NCBI GenBank assembly: GCA_963802185.1
Contig: CAWDHU010000008.1
Coordinates: 12,359-76,358, forward strand
Direction of reading: 5' to 3'
DNA from: an uncultured Bacteroidales bacterium
GTDB taxonomy: Bacteria > Bacteroidota > Bacteroidia > Bacteroidales > UBA4417
DNA length: 64,000 nucleotides
In this document: positions 10,642 to 19,628 of the stretch, one piece after another
How the letters are laid out: each line of letters opens with the position of its first letter
Position numbering within the stretch: position 1 is the stretch's first letter
The notes under the pieces: generated by a model
What the model was told of the DNA's origin: nothing
Database searches by the model: none
The model's input: the letters and a program-made list of their open reading frames with translations, nothing else
Made by a program: the position numbers and the translations under genes

Positions 10642-11946
10642 ATGAAACAAATCCACTATTCAAGAAAAAGAAGGCAACTTAAAGCTTTGGCTGAAAGGTT
10701 ACAGTACTTCTTGACACATGAGAGGGAAGAGAATTTAATTCAGGTTGAAAAACTTGTTTTGAAAATCAAAACCCTTCTGAAGGAATTAGTCCGGGTATTC
10801 TCCGGAGTTGATTTAAAGAAAATTCTCGGTGCTGCTGCTATTATTACAGGCATCGCGTTTACAAATCCTATCTCAGCTCAATCGTTTGGTCCGCCCCAGG
10901 TTAATCCGTATGGACTAATACCGACATTACAACTTGCTATTCCAGCCTTTGCTGACTTAGATGGCGATGGCGATATGGACTTGCTTGTTGGTGAATATTA
11001 TGGGGCAATGCAATATTTTGAAAATACGGGCTCAGCATCCAATCCGCAGTTTGCGGCGCCCGTGAAGAATCCTTTCGGATTAGATTCAGTTGCTGGTTTT
11101 GCTGTGCCTGCCTTTGCTGACTTAGACGGCGATGGCGATATGGACCTGCTTGTTGGGGAATACAATGGCGGTATGCAATATTTTCAAAATACGGGTACAG
11201 CCTCCAGTCCGCAATTTGCGACACCTCAAATGAATCCCTTTGGATTGACTTCAGTTTATTATGATGCATTCCCAACTTTTGCTGACTTAGATGGCGATGG
11301 GGATATGGACTTGCTTGTTGGTGAACTATACGGTGCAATGCAATATTTTGAAAATACAGGTTCAGCTTCCAATCCACAATTTGCCGCACCTGTAAAGAAT
11401 CCCTATGGAATGATCTCAACGGTTGAATTAGCATTGCCTGATTTTGCTGACCTTGATGGTGATGGTGACCTGGACTTGCTTGTAGGTGAATATTATGGTG
11501 CAATGCAATATTTTCAAAATACAGGCTCTGCTTCCAGCCCGCAATTTGAGGCACCTGTAATGAATCCATTCGGATTAGTTTCAGTTCAAGAATATGCCTT
11601 CCCCAAATTTGTTGACCTGGATGGAGATGGTGATCAGGACTTACTTGTCGGCGAATATTATGGAGCCATGAATTATTTTGAAAACACCACAACTGTTGGC
11701 CTACGTGATCTTTCGAAGAATTCCAACGATTTATTATTCCCAAACCCTGCTAAGGATATTATCAGGATAAAGACGAACCGGAAAATAACCCAGGTTGAAA
11801 TCTTCGATGCCACAGGTAAACTTGTTTCCATTTCTAACGGCCCATCTCAGGCCATTAAAGTATCCGACCTGAATAAAGGAATTTATTTTATGAAACTTAC
11901 CGATTCACGCGGGCAATTGGAGACAAAGAGTTTTCAAAAACAGTAA
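10642..11946 (+). CDS. FG-GAP/VCBS-type repeat protein with T9SS C-terminal sorting domain
   Basis: Five 55-aa repeats of the form FADLDGDGDMDLLVGEYYGAMQYFENTGSASNPQFAAPVKNPFGL (Ca-binding DxDGDGDxD). C-terminus: LLFPNPAKDIIRIKT..VEIFDATGKLV..DLNKGIYFMKL. An unusually long charged N-terminal segment (about 58 aa) precedes the hydrophobic signal/anchor ILGAAAIITGIAFTNPISAQ. Confidence 0.85.
   Translation: MKQIHYSRKRRQLKALAERLQYFLTHEREENLIQVEKLVLKIKTLLKELVRVFSGVDLKKILGAAAIITGIAFTNPISAQSFGPPQVNPYGLIPTLQLAIPAFADLDGDGDMDLLVGEYYGAMQYFENTGSASNPQFAAPVKNPFGLDSVAGFAVPAFADLDGDGDMDLLVGEYNGGMQYFQNTGTASSPQFATPQMNPFGLTSVYYDAFPTFADLDGDGDMDLLVGELYGAMQYFENTGSASNPQFAAPVKNPYGMISTVELALPDFADLDGDGDLDLLVGEYYGAMQYFQNTGSASSPQFEAPVMNPFGLVSVQEYAFPKFVDLDGDGDQDLLVGEYYGAMNYFENTTTVGLRDLSKNSNDLLFPNPAKDIIRIKTNRKITQVEIFDATGKLVSISNGPSQAIKVSDLNKGIYFMKLTDSRGQLETKSFQKQ
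10928..11752 (+). repeat. five tandem 165-nt coding repeats (FG-GAP blades)
   Basis: The anchor GCTGAC/GTTGAC recurs at 10951, 11116, 11281, 11446 and 11611 (period exactly 165 nt), with high nucleotide similarity between units. Confidence 0.9.
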
Positions 11947-11980
11947 ATCAAAAAGCAAATTTGACTTACATCCGGTAAAC

Positions 11981-12088
11981 GAACAGTGCATGCTGAATTA
12001 ATAATTTGCTAGTTTGCCAATAGGGTAAACCATACTATCACCCTGAATGTGGTAAACTAATGCAAATTAGATCGGCATGCACTGTTTC
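11981..12088. other. 108-nt extended multi-helix hairpin in the intergenic region
   Basis: Four nested helices: GAACAGTGCATGC (11981-11993) with GCATGCACTGTT (12075-12086); TAATTTGC (12002-12009) with GCAAATTA (12062-12069); TAGTTTGCC (12010-12018) with GGTAAACTA (12051-12059, one G-U); AGGGT (12022-12026) with ACCCT (12040-12044). The loop is 13 nt. Confidence 0.6.
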
Positions 12089-12128
12089 TATATACCTGGA
12101 AAACTTATATAAATCAATCAAATATAGT

Positions 12129-12266
12129 ATGAAAAAAACAGCATTTAAACTTTCATTTTTTATTTTGGTAGCTATTTCGTCCGTTTCACAAGCTCAGGAT
12201 AGGGAAATCATTTTAACCTTTAATCTTTCCGAAAATCCTGAATTTAAATTGGTTAGTATCAAATAA
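12129..12266 (+). CDS. possible 45-aa signal-peptide-bearing small protein
   Basis: MKKTAFKLSFFILVAISSVSQAQ followed by 22 residues. The ATG at 12129 lies inside track ORF 12060-12266, whose upstream part overlaps the hairpin. No homology recognised. Confidence 0.3.
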   Translation: MKKTAFKLSFFILVAISSVSQAQDREIILTFNLSENPEFKLVSIK

Positions 12267-12319
12267 ACAAAACCCAGGCACTTTTTCTCTCCTTATACTT
12301 TCAAATAATAAGCAACAAA

Positions 12320-15300
12320 ATGCTCAAAAGACTATCAATCAAAACAGTGCTGGCAGTGATGCTGACATGTTCAATCCTCAATACCTCTGCCCAGGATCAG
12401 GATAAAATAGAAACTCAGGAAGAAATTACAAATTCACCGGCAGCGAAAAAGCTGGTTGATGATTTTACGTTTGCTTTGCAGTCCCAAAACCATAATGACG
12501 TTTTGAAATGCCTTCCGGATAAAGAAGAGCTACGTCTTTTAATGGTTCAGATGAATATGGCTGATAACACGCCCATCGAAAACATTCAAGCCGAATTTAA
12601 AGAAGATTTTTTAAATAAATTTGATTCCCAGATAGAAAAGGGGAAAAGAAGTGGCATAAAATGGAATGAAATAAAATTAACAGACTTTCAATTCAGGTTA
12701 AAAAAATCCAGGGAAGGATGGCCGCCGGAAAATGTGGATATAATTATCAATTATATAGAAAACAATAATTCATTTTCAATAACAGTTAATCGTGCGACCA
12801 GGATAAACGGGAAATGGAAAATGATGGATTCTTTCCGTTTGGATGATATTGATTCGGAAATGCCTCAGTCTGCTGCTTTGGACACTGCTGCTGAATATTA
12901 TCCGGCTGTAAAAGATTACCCGGTTGAGGAATCAGGTACGGCTAACGTTCCTGAATCAAGCGGGATAGCTGAAGACATAAACTGGCAAACAGATTCTCCC
13001 GAAACTGCGAGAGAAGAACCGCCAGTTACAGAGGAAGAAAAATATCTTAACAGTGGAGTACAAAAATTTAATACCTCAGACTATACAGGTGCCGTTGATG
13101 ATTTCACAAAATCTATAGAGATTAATCCTGGATTTACGGATGCTTATCTACTGAGAGGCAGGGCAAAATATGGTCTGAAAAATTACAAAGAAGCCATTGA
13201 GGACTATAACAGGATACTTGAAATAAATCCGGAGGTTAGGGCTGTAAACTGGGTATATGTGTACAGGGGACTTGCCAGTTCGGCGCTTCAAAACCACAAG
13301 CAAGCGGTTGAAGATTATATAAAAGCATTTGATGACTTATCAGAAGGTGAACTTCAACCTATAGATTTTGCGTTTCATGACAGGGCCTGGCCAACCCTGG
13401 ATCAAATGATTATCATTCAGAGGTCGTTTAAAGCAGTTGCGGGTGAAACATCCCCGGACCTGCACGACAATAGCGATATTACCGGAGAATGGGTCGGTGA
13501 TCCGGATTGGGGAGCAGAAATCGTAAATTTCAGCAAGGACAATTCGTACTCATCCTCCTGGGAAAGCCGTGGCAAAAAAACATACGAAGTTGTGTATCAC
13601 TCAAAAAATATCAGCATTATCCTGGTAGACTCGCTGGTAAATTCCAACCCTGCAACGTATAAGTATTGCGTTGCATTAACAGGCGGCAAATCGGGTGAAG
13701 GACGTTACGATGAAATGAAATTCAGAGACAAAAATAAAATGGCCTTGTGTCGTCTTTGGGAACCCCGGGATGAATATCAGATTCCGCTTGCTTTCACTTA
13801 CTCGCGCAAAAACCAAAGACCGCCTGTGCAAGTTCTGACCTTGTCAGCAGCGACAAATGAACGCGTTAATGAAGCAGTGAAATTATTTGACAAGGATTTT
13901 GTTGCCGGTGCCGGCTACACCCAGCAGGTAAGTGATCTGAACATGGAAAAAGTAGTGGACTCATTGCAGACCCATGGATTGATGAGCCGGCTGGACACTG
14001 CAATTTATAAAACCGCGTCCTATCTTGATCATCTTAATCCCGAAGGATTTGTAAAAGCTTCGAATATTCTTTTTCATAAATCAAAATACAATGAAGCCGC
14101 ATTCCTGCTATTGACGGGTCAGATGAGAAACCAACTGTATAACATGGTCCAGGGTGAATATGACCTGCCCCTTTATGAGATACTTTCTTATCCGTATGAA
14201 AATTACCTGGAGTCAGATATCGACAATTCGATTTTTATTACTCAAACAGCAGTTGACTATGCCAAAAACCACGATTACGGTGCTTATCCCCGTTTAACCG
14301 ACGTTTCCAGCTATAATTGGCAAACAACAGAATTAGTCAATAAAATTGAAGACCTGAAGGCAGCTAGAGATTACCAGGAACCCTTAAATGATGTGCTGAA
14401 AATACTTGGCCTGAAAACCGGAAAGTTCTCAAGTGGATTGATGATGAACCCGAATGGAGAAAAAGACTGGGATGAAGAGACCCTGTACAACGATATTTAT
14501 AATACATCGGACTCGCTGAAAGCTCTCGGGCTTATCAGCCAAATGGATACCGCTGTATTTAAAGCAGCCCGCTTACTTGATCAGGGCAGCCCGGATGGAT
14601 TCCTCAATGTTTCCATGATTTTGCTCGAACACCGCAAATACAATGAAGCCGCATTTTTGATGTTTCTGGGCCAGATGAGAACAGAGTATTACAATTCGGT
14701 TGGCGGACAATCGGGCGGCAGTAATGGGGAAATCGCAGCTGCATATGGCATGATGATCGTAAATATGGCTTATTTGCCTTTGATAAACTTGTATTTACAA
14801 ACCGACATTGATAATGCAATCCATGTGCTTAAAACAGTTGTTGACTACTATAAAAAGAATGATTTCCCTGCATATCCCCGGAAAGGAAACATAGAGAAAT
14901 ACGATCATGCCTTAATACAGATCAATGACAGGATTACTGAATTAGTGAACAATAAAAAAGAGCTTTCAGAGAATTGGTATGCAGAAAAAAATTACATACA
15001 AATGCATGCAGAAGAAGAGAAAGAGATTGCTGCCAATAGAAAACCGGTTCCGATAAAGAACAACAGCCTCATAGGGACATGGTTGGGACTGGGAGAATAT
15101 AATAACGTTTCACAGATTATTGATGTAGTCTCATTTGAAAAAGGAGATACGGTACTGTTTCACCCTGAAAACAGCAGGGATTCAGATCCGGATAAAGTTG
15201 AAAAAACAATCTATATTGTTGATAATAGCACAAATCCTATACGCATCGAGGCAATCCGGAAAGATCCTGATAACGGTGTGCGGAAGATGGTGAAATATTT

Positions 15301-16042
15301 AGCTGAATTTTTAGGTGAAGACAAGTTGAAGTTTGGCCGGCCCTATAGTAATAATGAAACCAAATTCAATCCCGAGCATTCACAAATACTTACACGGAAG
15401 CTGGAGGGTGAAAAGAATTATTACAATTATGCAAAAATACAGCGAACAGATGCACCTGGCAGTTCTAAAAGAATTCCGGACAATGAGTTACAGCGTTTCT
15501 GGAATGACAATATTCAGGCCATCATTAACTTAGATAAAGAAAAAACTATTGCTCAAACCAGTTTCCCGCTTGTTTATACTGACGGGTCTAATGACGCAGA
15601 CTGGTTTCGGGAGTATGGATCAGACCAGATATTTTCGTATCAGAAAGAGTTACGCCTGGCATTGAAGGATATGGATTACAGGAATATTGATCAGGTAGAA
15701 CTTGATAACGGGGAGGTTCTTTTGATGATTTACATACAGGGGCAGCCCTTTTATAATGTTGAAATGGAGGAAACCACAAATCATGCCCGTTTTGGCTTTC
15801 TTTTTAAGAAAGAGGATAGCTCCTGGAAATTATTTACTGCATCAACAGGTGCTACAGGTGGCACCACCGAAGATATCTTAACAGGGCAGAATGAATTGAT
15901 CCGACAGGGGCAGGTTCCCATGGAAAAAACGCTGCTATTAAACCACAATATTCAATCAATGATTAACCTGGATAAGAATGCAATAATAGCACAAACCAAT
16001 TTCCCGCTTACCGGGAACTGGGGCACTGCAGCAGGGCTATAG
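12320..16042 (+). CDS. large secreted TPR-containing protein with duplicated modules; reading frame ends prematurely (see 15990-16310)
   Basis: Signal peptide (LAVMLTCSILNTSAQ). TPR block (YTGAVDDFTKSIEINPGFTDAYLLRGRAKYGLKNYKEAIEDYNRILEINPE). Internal duplication (LMSRLDTAIYKTASYLDHLNPEGF..KYNEAAFLLLTGQMRNQLYN versus LISQMDTAVFKAARLLDQGSPDGF..KYNEAAFLMFLGQMRTEYYN). The C-terminal module is duplicated, but the second copy is cut by a stop at 16040-16042. Confidence 0.85.
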   Translation: MLKRLSIKTVLAVMLTCSILNTSAQDQDKIETQEEITNSPAAKKLVDDFTFALQSQNHNDVLKCLPDKEELRLLMVQMNMADNTPIENIQAEFKEDFLNKFDSQIEKGKRSGIKWNEIKLTDFQFRLKKSREGWPPENVDIIINYIENNNSFSITVNRATRINGKWKMMDSFRLDDIDSEMPQSAALDTAAEYYPAVKDYPVEESGTANVPESSGIAEDINWQTDSPETAREEPPVTEEEKYLNSGVQKFNTSDYTGAVDDFTKSIEINPGFTDAYLLRGRAKYGLKNYKEAIEDYNRILEINPEVRAVNWVYVYRGLASSALQNHKQAVEDYIKAFDDLSEGELQPIDFAFHDRAWPTLDQMIIIQRSFKAVAGETSPDLHDNSDITGEWVGDPDWGAEIVNFSKDNSYSSSWESRGKKTYEVVYHSKNISIILVDSLVNSNPATYKYCVALTGGKSGEGRYDEMKFRDKNKMALCRLWEPRDEYQIPLAFTYSRKNQRPPVQVLTLSAATNERVNEAVKLFDKDFVAGAGYTQQVSDLNMEKVVDSLQTHGLMSRLDTAIYKTASYLDHLNPEGFVKASNILFHKSKYNEAAFLLLTGQMRNQLYNMVQGEYDLPLYEILSYPYENYLESDIDNSIFITQTAVDYAKNHDYGAYPRLTDVSSYNWQTTELVNKIEDLKAARDYQEPLNDVLKILGLKTGKFSSGLMMNPNGEKDWDEETLYNDIYNTSDSLKALGLISQMDTAVFKAARLLDQGSPDGFLNVSMILLEHRKYNEAAFLMFLGQMRTEYYNSVGGQSGGSNGEIAAAYGMMIVNMAYLPLINLYLQTDIDNAIHVLKTVVDYYKKNDFPAYPRKGNIEKYDHALIQINDRITELVNNKKELSENWYAEKNYIQMHAEEEKEIAANRKPVPIKNNSLIGTWLGLGEYNNVSQIIDVVSFEKGDTVLFHPENSRDSDPDKVEKTIYIVDNSTNPIRIEAIRKDPDNGVRKMVKYLAEFLGEDKLKFGRPYSNNETKFNPEHSQILTRKLEGEKNYYNYAKIQRTDAPGSSKRIPDNELQRFWNDNIQAIINLDKEKTIAQTSFPLVYTDGSNDADWFREYGSDQIFSYQKELRLALKDMDYRNIDQVELDNGEVLLMIYIQGQPFYNVEMEETTNHARFGFLFKKEDSSWKLFTASTGATGGTTEDILTGQNELIRQGQVPMEKTLLLNHNIQSMINLDKNAIIAQTNFPLTGNWGTAAGL

Positions 16043-16310
16043 TGGTGAACCTGCAGACTGGACCCCGAAAGATCTGGCTGCCCATCTTGATAAATTTCTG
16101 GATCCTGGAATTCGTTCCCGCTTGTCAGAATATGATCAATCAGGATTACAGGAGGGATATGACCAGGAAAAACCACTAACATTTGATGTTTATGCAAACA
16201 GGGAAGAAACCCAGGTTGACGGACAATGGCATTCTGAAGCCATAAGAATGACATTTGGAAAAATTGCAAGAGAGTGGAAATTAATCAACCTTGATTGGGA
16301 AGTGAATTGA
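15990..16310 (+). CDS. out-of-frame continuation (C-terminal ~95 codons) of the preceding gene
   Basis: The other frame is open from 15990 to TGA 16308-16310. Its translation ..GALQQGYSGEPADWTPKDLAAHLDKF...QWHSEAIRMTFGKIAREWKLINLDWEVN completes the second copy of the module, whose first copy ends ..HARFGFLFKKEDSSWKLFTAS. The track lists only its TTG-initiated part (16122-16310). Confidence 0.65.
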   Translation, partial: HKPISRLPGTGALQQGYSGEPADWTPKDLAAHLDKFLDPGIRSRLSEYDQSGLQEGYDQEKPLTFDVYANREETQVDGQWHSEAIRMTFGKIAREWKLINLDWEVN

Positions 16311-16448
16311 TTTAATTATAGTTAAGTAATATTATGGTTCGTGTAAACATTTATCATATTTAGATTGTTGCATACAATATGTATACGATATAGCCTCCAC
16401 TGCCTGGCTTTTAAGGTCATTCCAACTTAGCCCAGATTCTTAAAATAC

Positions 16449-16456
16449 TATATTTG
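16449..16456 (+). promoter_or_regulatory. Bacteroidota -7 box candidate (TATATTTG)
   Basis: Matches TAnnTTTG, 67 nt upstream of the ATG at 16523. No clear -33 TTTG seen. Confidence 0.3.
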
Positions 16457-16522
16457 CAATAGACCTATCATCTTGAATTCGCTTAATAAAATCAATATTA
16501 TTTTTGTAATTAATCCTCTGAC

Positions 16523-18499
16523 ATGAAAAACTTAATTTTATTTCTCTGCTTTCAAATGATAAGCATTGGTTTATTGTTTTCTCAAAATTCAAGCCAGGAA
16601 AATGCAAACTACAATCCGCATGATTTTTATGTGCCTGACTTTAATCCTACTACTGGCAACATGTTTCGTTCAGCAAACGGGGCTCCGGGGCCTATGTACT
16701 GGCAAAACAGCGCCGACTACCTGATACATGCCTCATTAAGCGAAAAAGATACTACCATAACGGGTGATGTAACCATAAGCTATACCAATAACAGTCCCGA
16801 CAATCTGGATTATGTGTGGCTGCAATTGGATCAGAATCTTTTTAATTCATCGTCAAGGGGAGTAGCTGCAACCCCGGTTTCAGGCGACAGGTTCGATGCA
16901 AAAGGATTTGATGGCGGTTATCATATTTCCGGCGTATCCGTAACCCAGCAGGGGAAAACATACCAGGTACAACCGGTGATTACCGACACAAGAATGCAAC
17001 TCAGGTTAAACAGCCCTATATTGCCAAAAGGCGACCGGATAGATATTGTAGTAAATTACAGCTTTGAGATTCCAGCCCAGGGCTCAGACCGGTTAGGAAG
17101 AATGTACACGAAAAACGGTGTTATTTATGAAATAGCCCAATGGTATCCGCGCATGTGTGTATATGACGATGTGGAAGGCTGGAACACTTTACCTTATATG
17201 GGCCTTGGTGAGTTTTATTGTGAGTATGGCAATTATGAGTATTTTATTACAGCTCCTGCTGAAATGATAGTTTATGGTTCCGGGGATCTGCAAAATGCCC
17301 CACAGGTGTTAACTGCTGAACAAATAAAAAGACTTTCACTTGCTTCAAAAAGCGATAAAACAGTAACAATTGTAAGCGCTGATGAAATTGGCAAACCTGC
17401 CATGCGCCCTTCAACCAAAGGCAATCTTACCTGGCATTTTATGATGAAGAACACAAGAGATGTAGCATGGGCTGCTTCAAAAGCCCTGGTTTGGGATGCG
17501 GCACAAATAAACCTTCCATCGGGTCGTAAAGCAATTGCTATGTCGGCTTACCCGCCTGTAAGCATGGGCGATACAGCCTGGGACAGAGCTACTGAATACC
17601 TGAAAGCCAGCATTGAAATCTACTCAAAAGACTATTTTGAATATCCATGGAACTCTGCCGTTAGCATTGGGGGAATAGTAACCGGGATGGAATATCCGGG
17701 AATGATTTTCAACGATTATAAAGAGAAAAAAGCTCCGCTCTGGTTCTTAATTTCACACGAAATCGGTCACAATTGGTACCCGATGATTGTTGGCTCCAAC
17801 GAAAGAAGATATATGTGGCAGGATGAAGGCTTCAATACCTACATTAATTATTTGGCTACCGTTAATTTTAATCACGGTGAATATTCAACCGATGCCACTT
17901 TGTATGATAAGAATTATTGGTCCATACTTAACGTAGATTCCTTGCCTTTCCGAGGCGATCCCCTGATGTTACTGCCTGAAGCGATGGACATGCAAGAATT
18001 TTTCATATATTACAGCAAAACGTCATACGGTCTTAAATTACTGCGGGAAGTGGTGGTTGGGAAAGAACGGTTTGATTATGCCTTCAGAAAATATACGGAG
18101 GCCTGGGCATTTAAACATCCAACGCCTTACGATTTCTTTCATTTTATAAACAATGCCGCCGGTGAAGATCTGAACTGGTTCTGGAAAGAATGGTTCTATA
18201 CCACCTGGACATTGGATCAGGCCATAACTAGTGTAAAATATACTGACAACGATCCATCCAAAGGCATAATTATTACTATTGAGAACAAAGGCAAAATGAT
18301 TTTACCGGTTATTGCAAAAATAATTGAAAGCAACGGAAAAAGCGGAACAGTTGAACTGCCTGTTGAAATATGGCAACGTGGCGGCAGCTGGACTTTTAAA
18401 TATGCTTCAACAGGTAAAATTGATAAAGTAATACTCGATCCTGAAAATGTACTACCCGATGTGGATAGAAAAAACAACCAGTGGCATGCCGGCAAATAA
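16523..18499 (+). CDS. M1 family metallopeptidase (secreted)
   Basis: Signal peptide plus HEIGHNWYPMIVGSNERRYMWQDEGFNTY (HExxH-x18-E zinc site of the gluzincin/M1 family). Confidence 0.9.
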   Translation: MKNLILFLCFQMISIGLLFSQNSSQENANYNPHDFYVPDFNPTTGNMFRSANGAPGPMYWQNSADYLIHASLSEKDTTITGDVTISYTNNSPDNLDYVWLQLDQNLFNSSSRGVAATPVSGDRFDAKGFDGGYHISGVSVTQQGKTYQVQPVITDTRMQLRLNSPILPKGDRIDIVVNYSFEIPAQGSDRLGRMYTKNGVIYEIAQWYPRMCVYDDVEGWNTLPYMGLGEFYCEYGNYEYFITAPAEMIVYGSGDLQNAPQVLTAEQIKRLSLASKSDKTVTIVSADEIGKPAMRPSTKGNLTWHFMMKNTRDVAWAASKALVWDAAQINLPSGRKAIAMSAYPPVSMGDTAWDRATEYLKASIEIYSKDYFEYPWNSAVSIGGIVTGMEYPGMIFNDYKEKKAPLWFLISHEIGHNWYPMIVGSNERRYMWQDEGFNTYINYLATVNFNHGEYSTDATLYDKNYWSILNVDSLPFRGDPLMLLPEAMDMQEFFIYYSKTSYGLKLLREVVVGKERFDYAFRKYTEAWAFKHPTPYDFFHFINNAAGEDLNWFWKEWFYTTWTLDQAITSVKYTDNDPSKGIIITIENKGKMILPVIAKIIESNGKSGTVELPVEIWQRGGSWTFKYASTGKIDKVILDPENVLPDVDRKNNQWHAGK

Positions 18500-18656
18500 C
18501 GAAAAAATGAAAATGAAAATTGCAAGGTTTGTGTTTTGTGCCACATAAGTTAAAAATGCCCGGCACGCAGGATTGATCAGGAAAAAAGAACCAGATGAAC
18601 GTTTACAAAGCTTTTATTTAACTCATACCCGAAACCATAAACTTCAAAACTGTTTC

Positions 18657-19292
18657 ATGGAAAAGAAGTATAAATACCTGGGCTATTTCATGCTTATATT
18701 GATCCCGCTCATATTCGCTGGATTTTACAAAAGCTATATCGGCCCATTCCCAAATTTCCCTGCCAAAATTGATGTTTATATTCATATACATGCCGTTATT
18801 GCTTCTGTGTGGATTTTAATGCTGATTGTACAACCTTTCCTGATACTCAACAAAAAACTTTCACTCCACAGGGCCACAGGCAAACTCTCCTATTTCGTTT
18901 TCCCTTTGCTTATTTTATCCTTTGTTCCCCAAATGATACGAATAATGCATTCACCGGAAAGCGAGAATTTATTTTACCCTTTGGCTGATTGTAGTTTACT
19001 GATCGTATTTTATTCGCTGGCGATTTATAACAGGAAAAAGAGCTCCCTGCATATGCGGTACATGATTGCTACCGCCGTGGTGTTTTTAGGGCCAACGGTT
19101 GGGCGGATCGGACCTCATTGGTTCGGATGGTCCGGGCTTTTAACCCAGAATGTTCAGTACGGAATCATTTATTCAATACTCATCAGCCTGATACTATATG
19201 ACCAAACCAATCGCAAAAAATATACTCCTTACCTGGTAGCGATAGCAGGTTTTGCCATTCACCAGGCAGTATTTTACCTGGTATTTTTATAA
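18657..19292 (+). CDS. hypothetical polytopic membrane protein
   Basis: About 6 hydrophobic helices starting at MEKKYKYLGYFMLILIPLIFAGF. The track start 18573 is TTG, with an implausible hydrophilic leader. No family recognised. Confidence 0.65.
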   Translation: MEKKYKYLGYFMLILIPLIFAGFYKSYIGPFPNFPAKIDVYIHIHAVIASVWILMLIVQPFLILNKKLSLHRATGKLSYFVFPLLILSFVPQMIRIMHSPESENLFYPLADCSLLIVFYSLAIYNRKKSSLHMRYMIATAVVFLGPTVGRIGPHWFGWSGLLTQNVQYGIIYSILISLILYDQTNRKKYTPYLVAIAGFAIHQAVFYLVFL

Positions 19293-19456
19293 GTCGTCAG
19301 CAACATTTTATCAATTAAAATAAATCTTAAATGGAAACTTAGTTGATTAATATTGAGTATCTTTTCATGGCAAACCAAGTATTTTATATATCTGATTTCC
19401 TTTAACTTAGAATGTATAAAACAGATATTTTGAGTACAAAACTTTCATTTTGTAAC

Positions 19457-19464
19457 TAACTTTG
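19457..19464 (+). promoter_or_regulatory. Bacteroidota -7 box candidate (TAACTTTG)
   Basis: Matches TAnnTTTG, 165 nt upstream of ATG 19629. Confidence 0.25.
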
Positions 19465-19628
19465 CAGTAAACAAATTGCGCTCATATACGTTGATTCACT
19501 AATAATCATACCTGTTTAAGTATTCGGAAATACTAACAGCACTTGAAAATACAGGCAAAAGCTTCTTTTGCGATGTTGTTCTCGGCAGACTTTCTATTGA
19601 TGAGTGAAACGAAAAAACACCTTACAAA

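Noticed and set aside
10937-11743. 268-aa ORF antisense to the FG-GAP repeat gene
   Set aside because: It is the reverse-strand reading of five near-identical 165-nt coding repeats, so it is itself periodic and low-complexity (..QASPG/YHHH..). The sense strand has clear FG-GAP and T9SS motifs.
12060-12128. Upstream part of track ORF 12060-12266
   Set aside because: It overlaps the right arm of the 108-nt hairpin and encodes no signal. If the ORF is real, it starts at ATG 12129 (MKKTAFKLSFFIL..).
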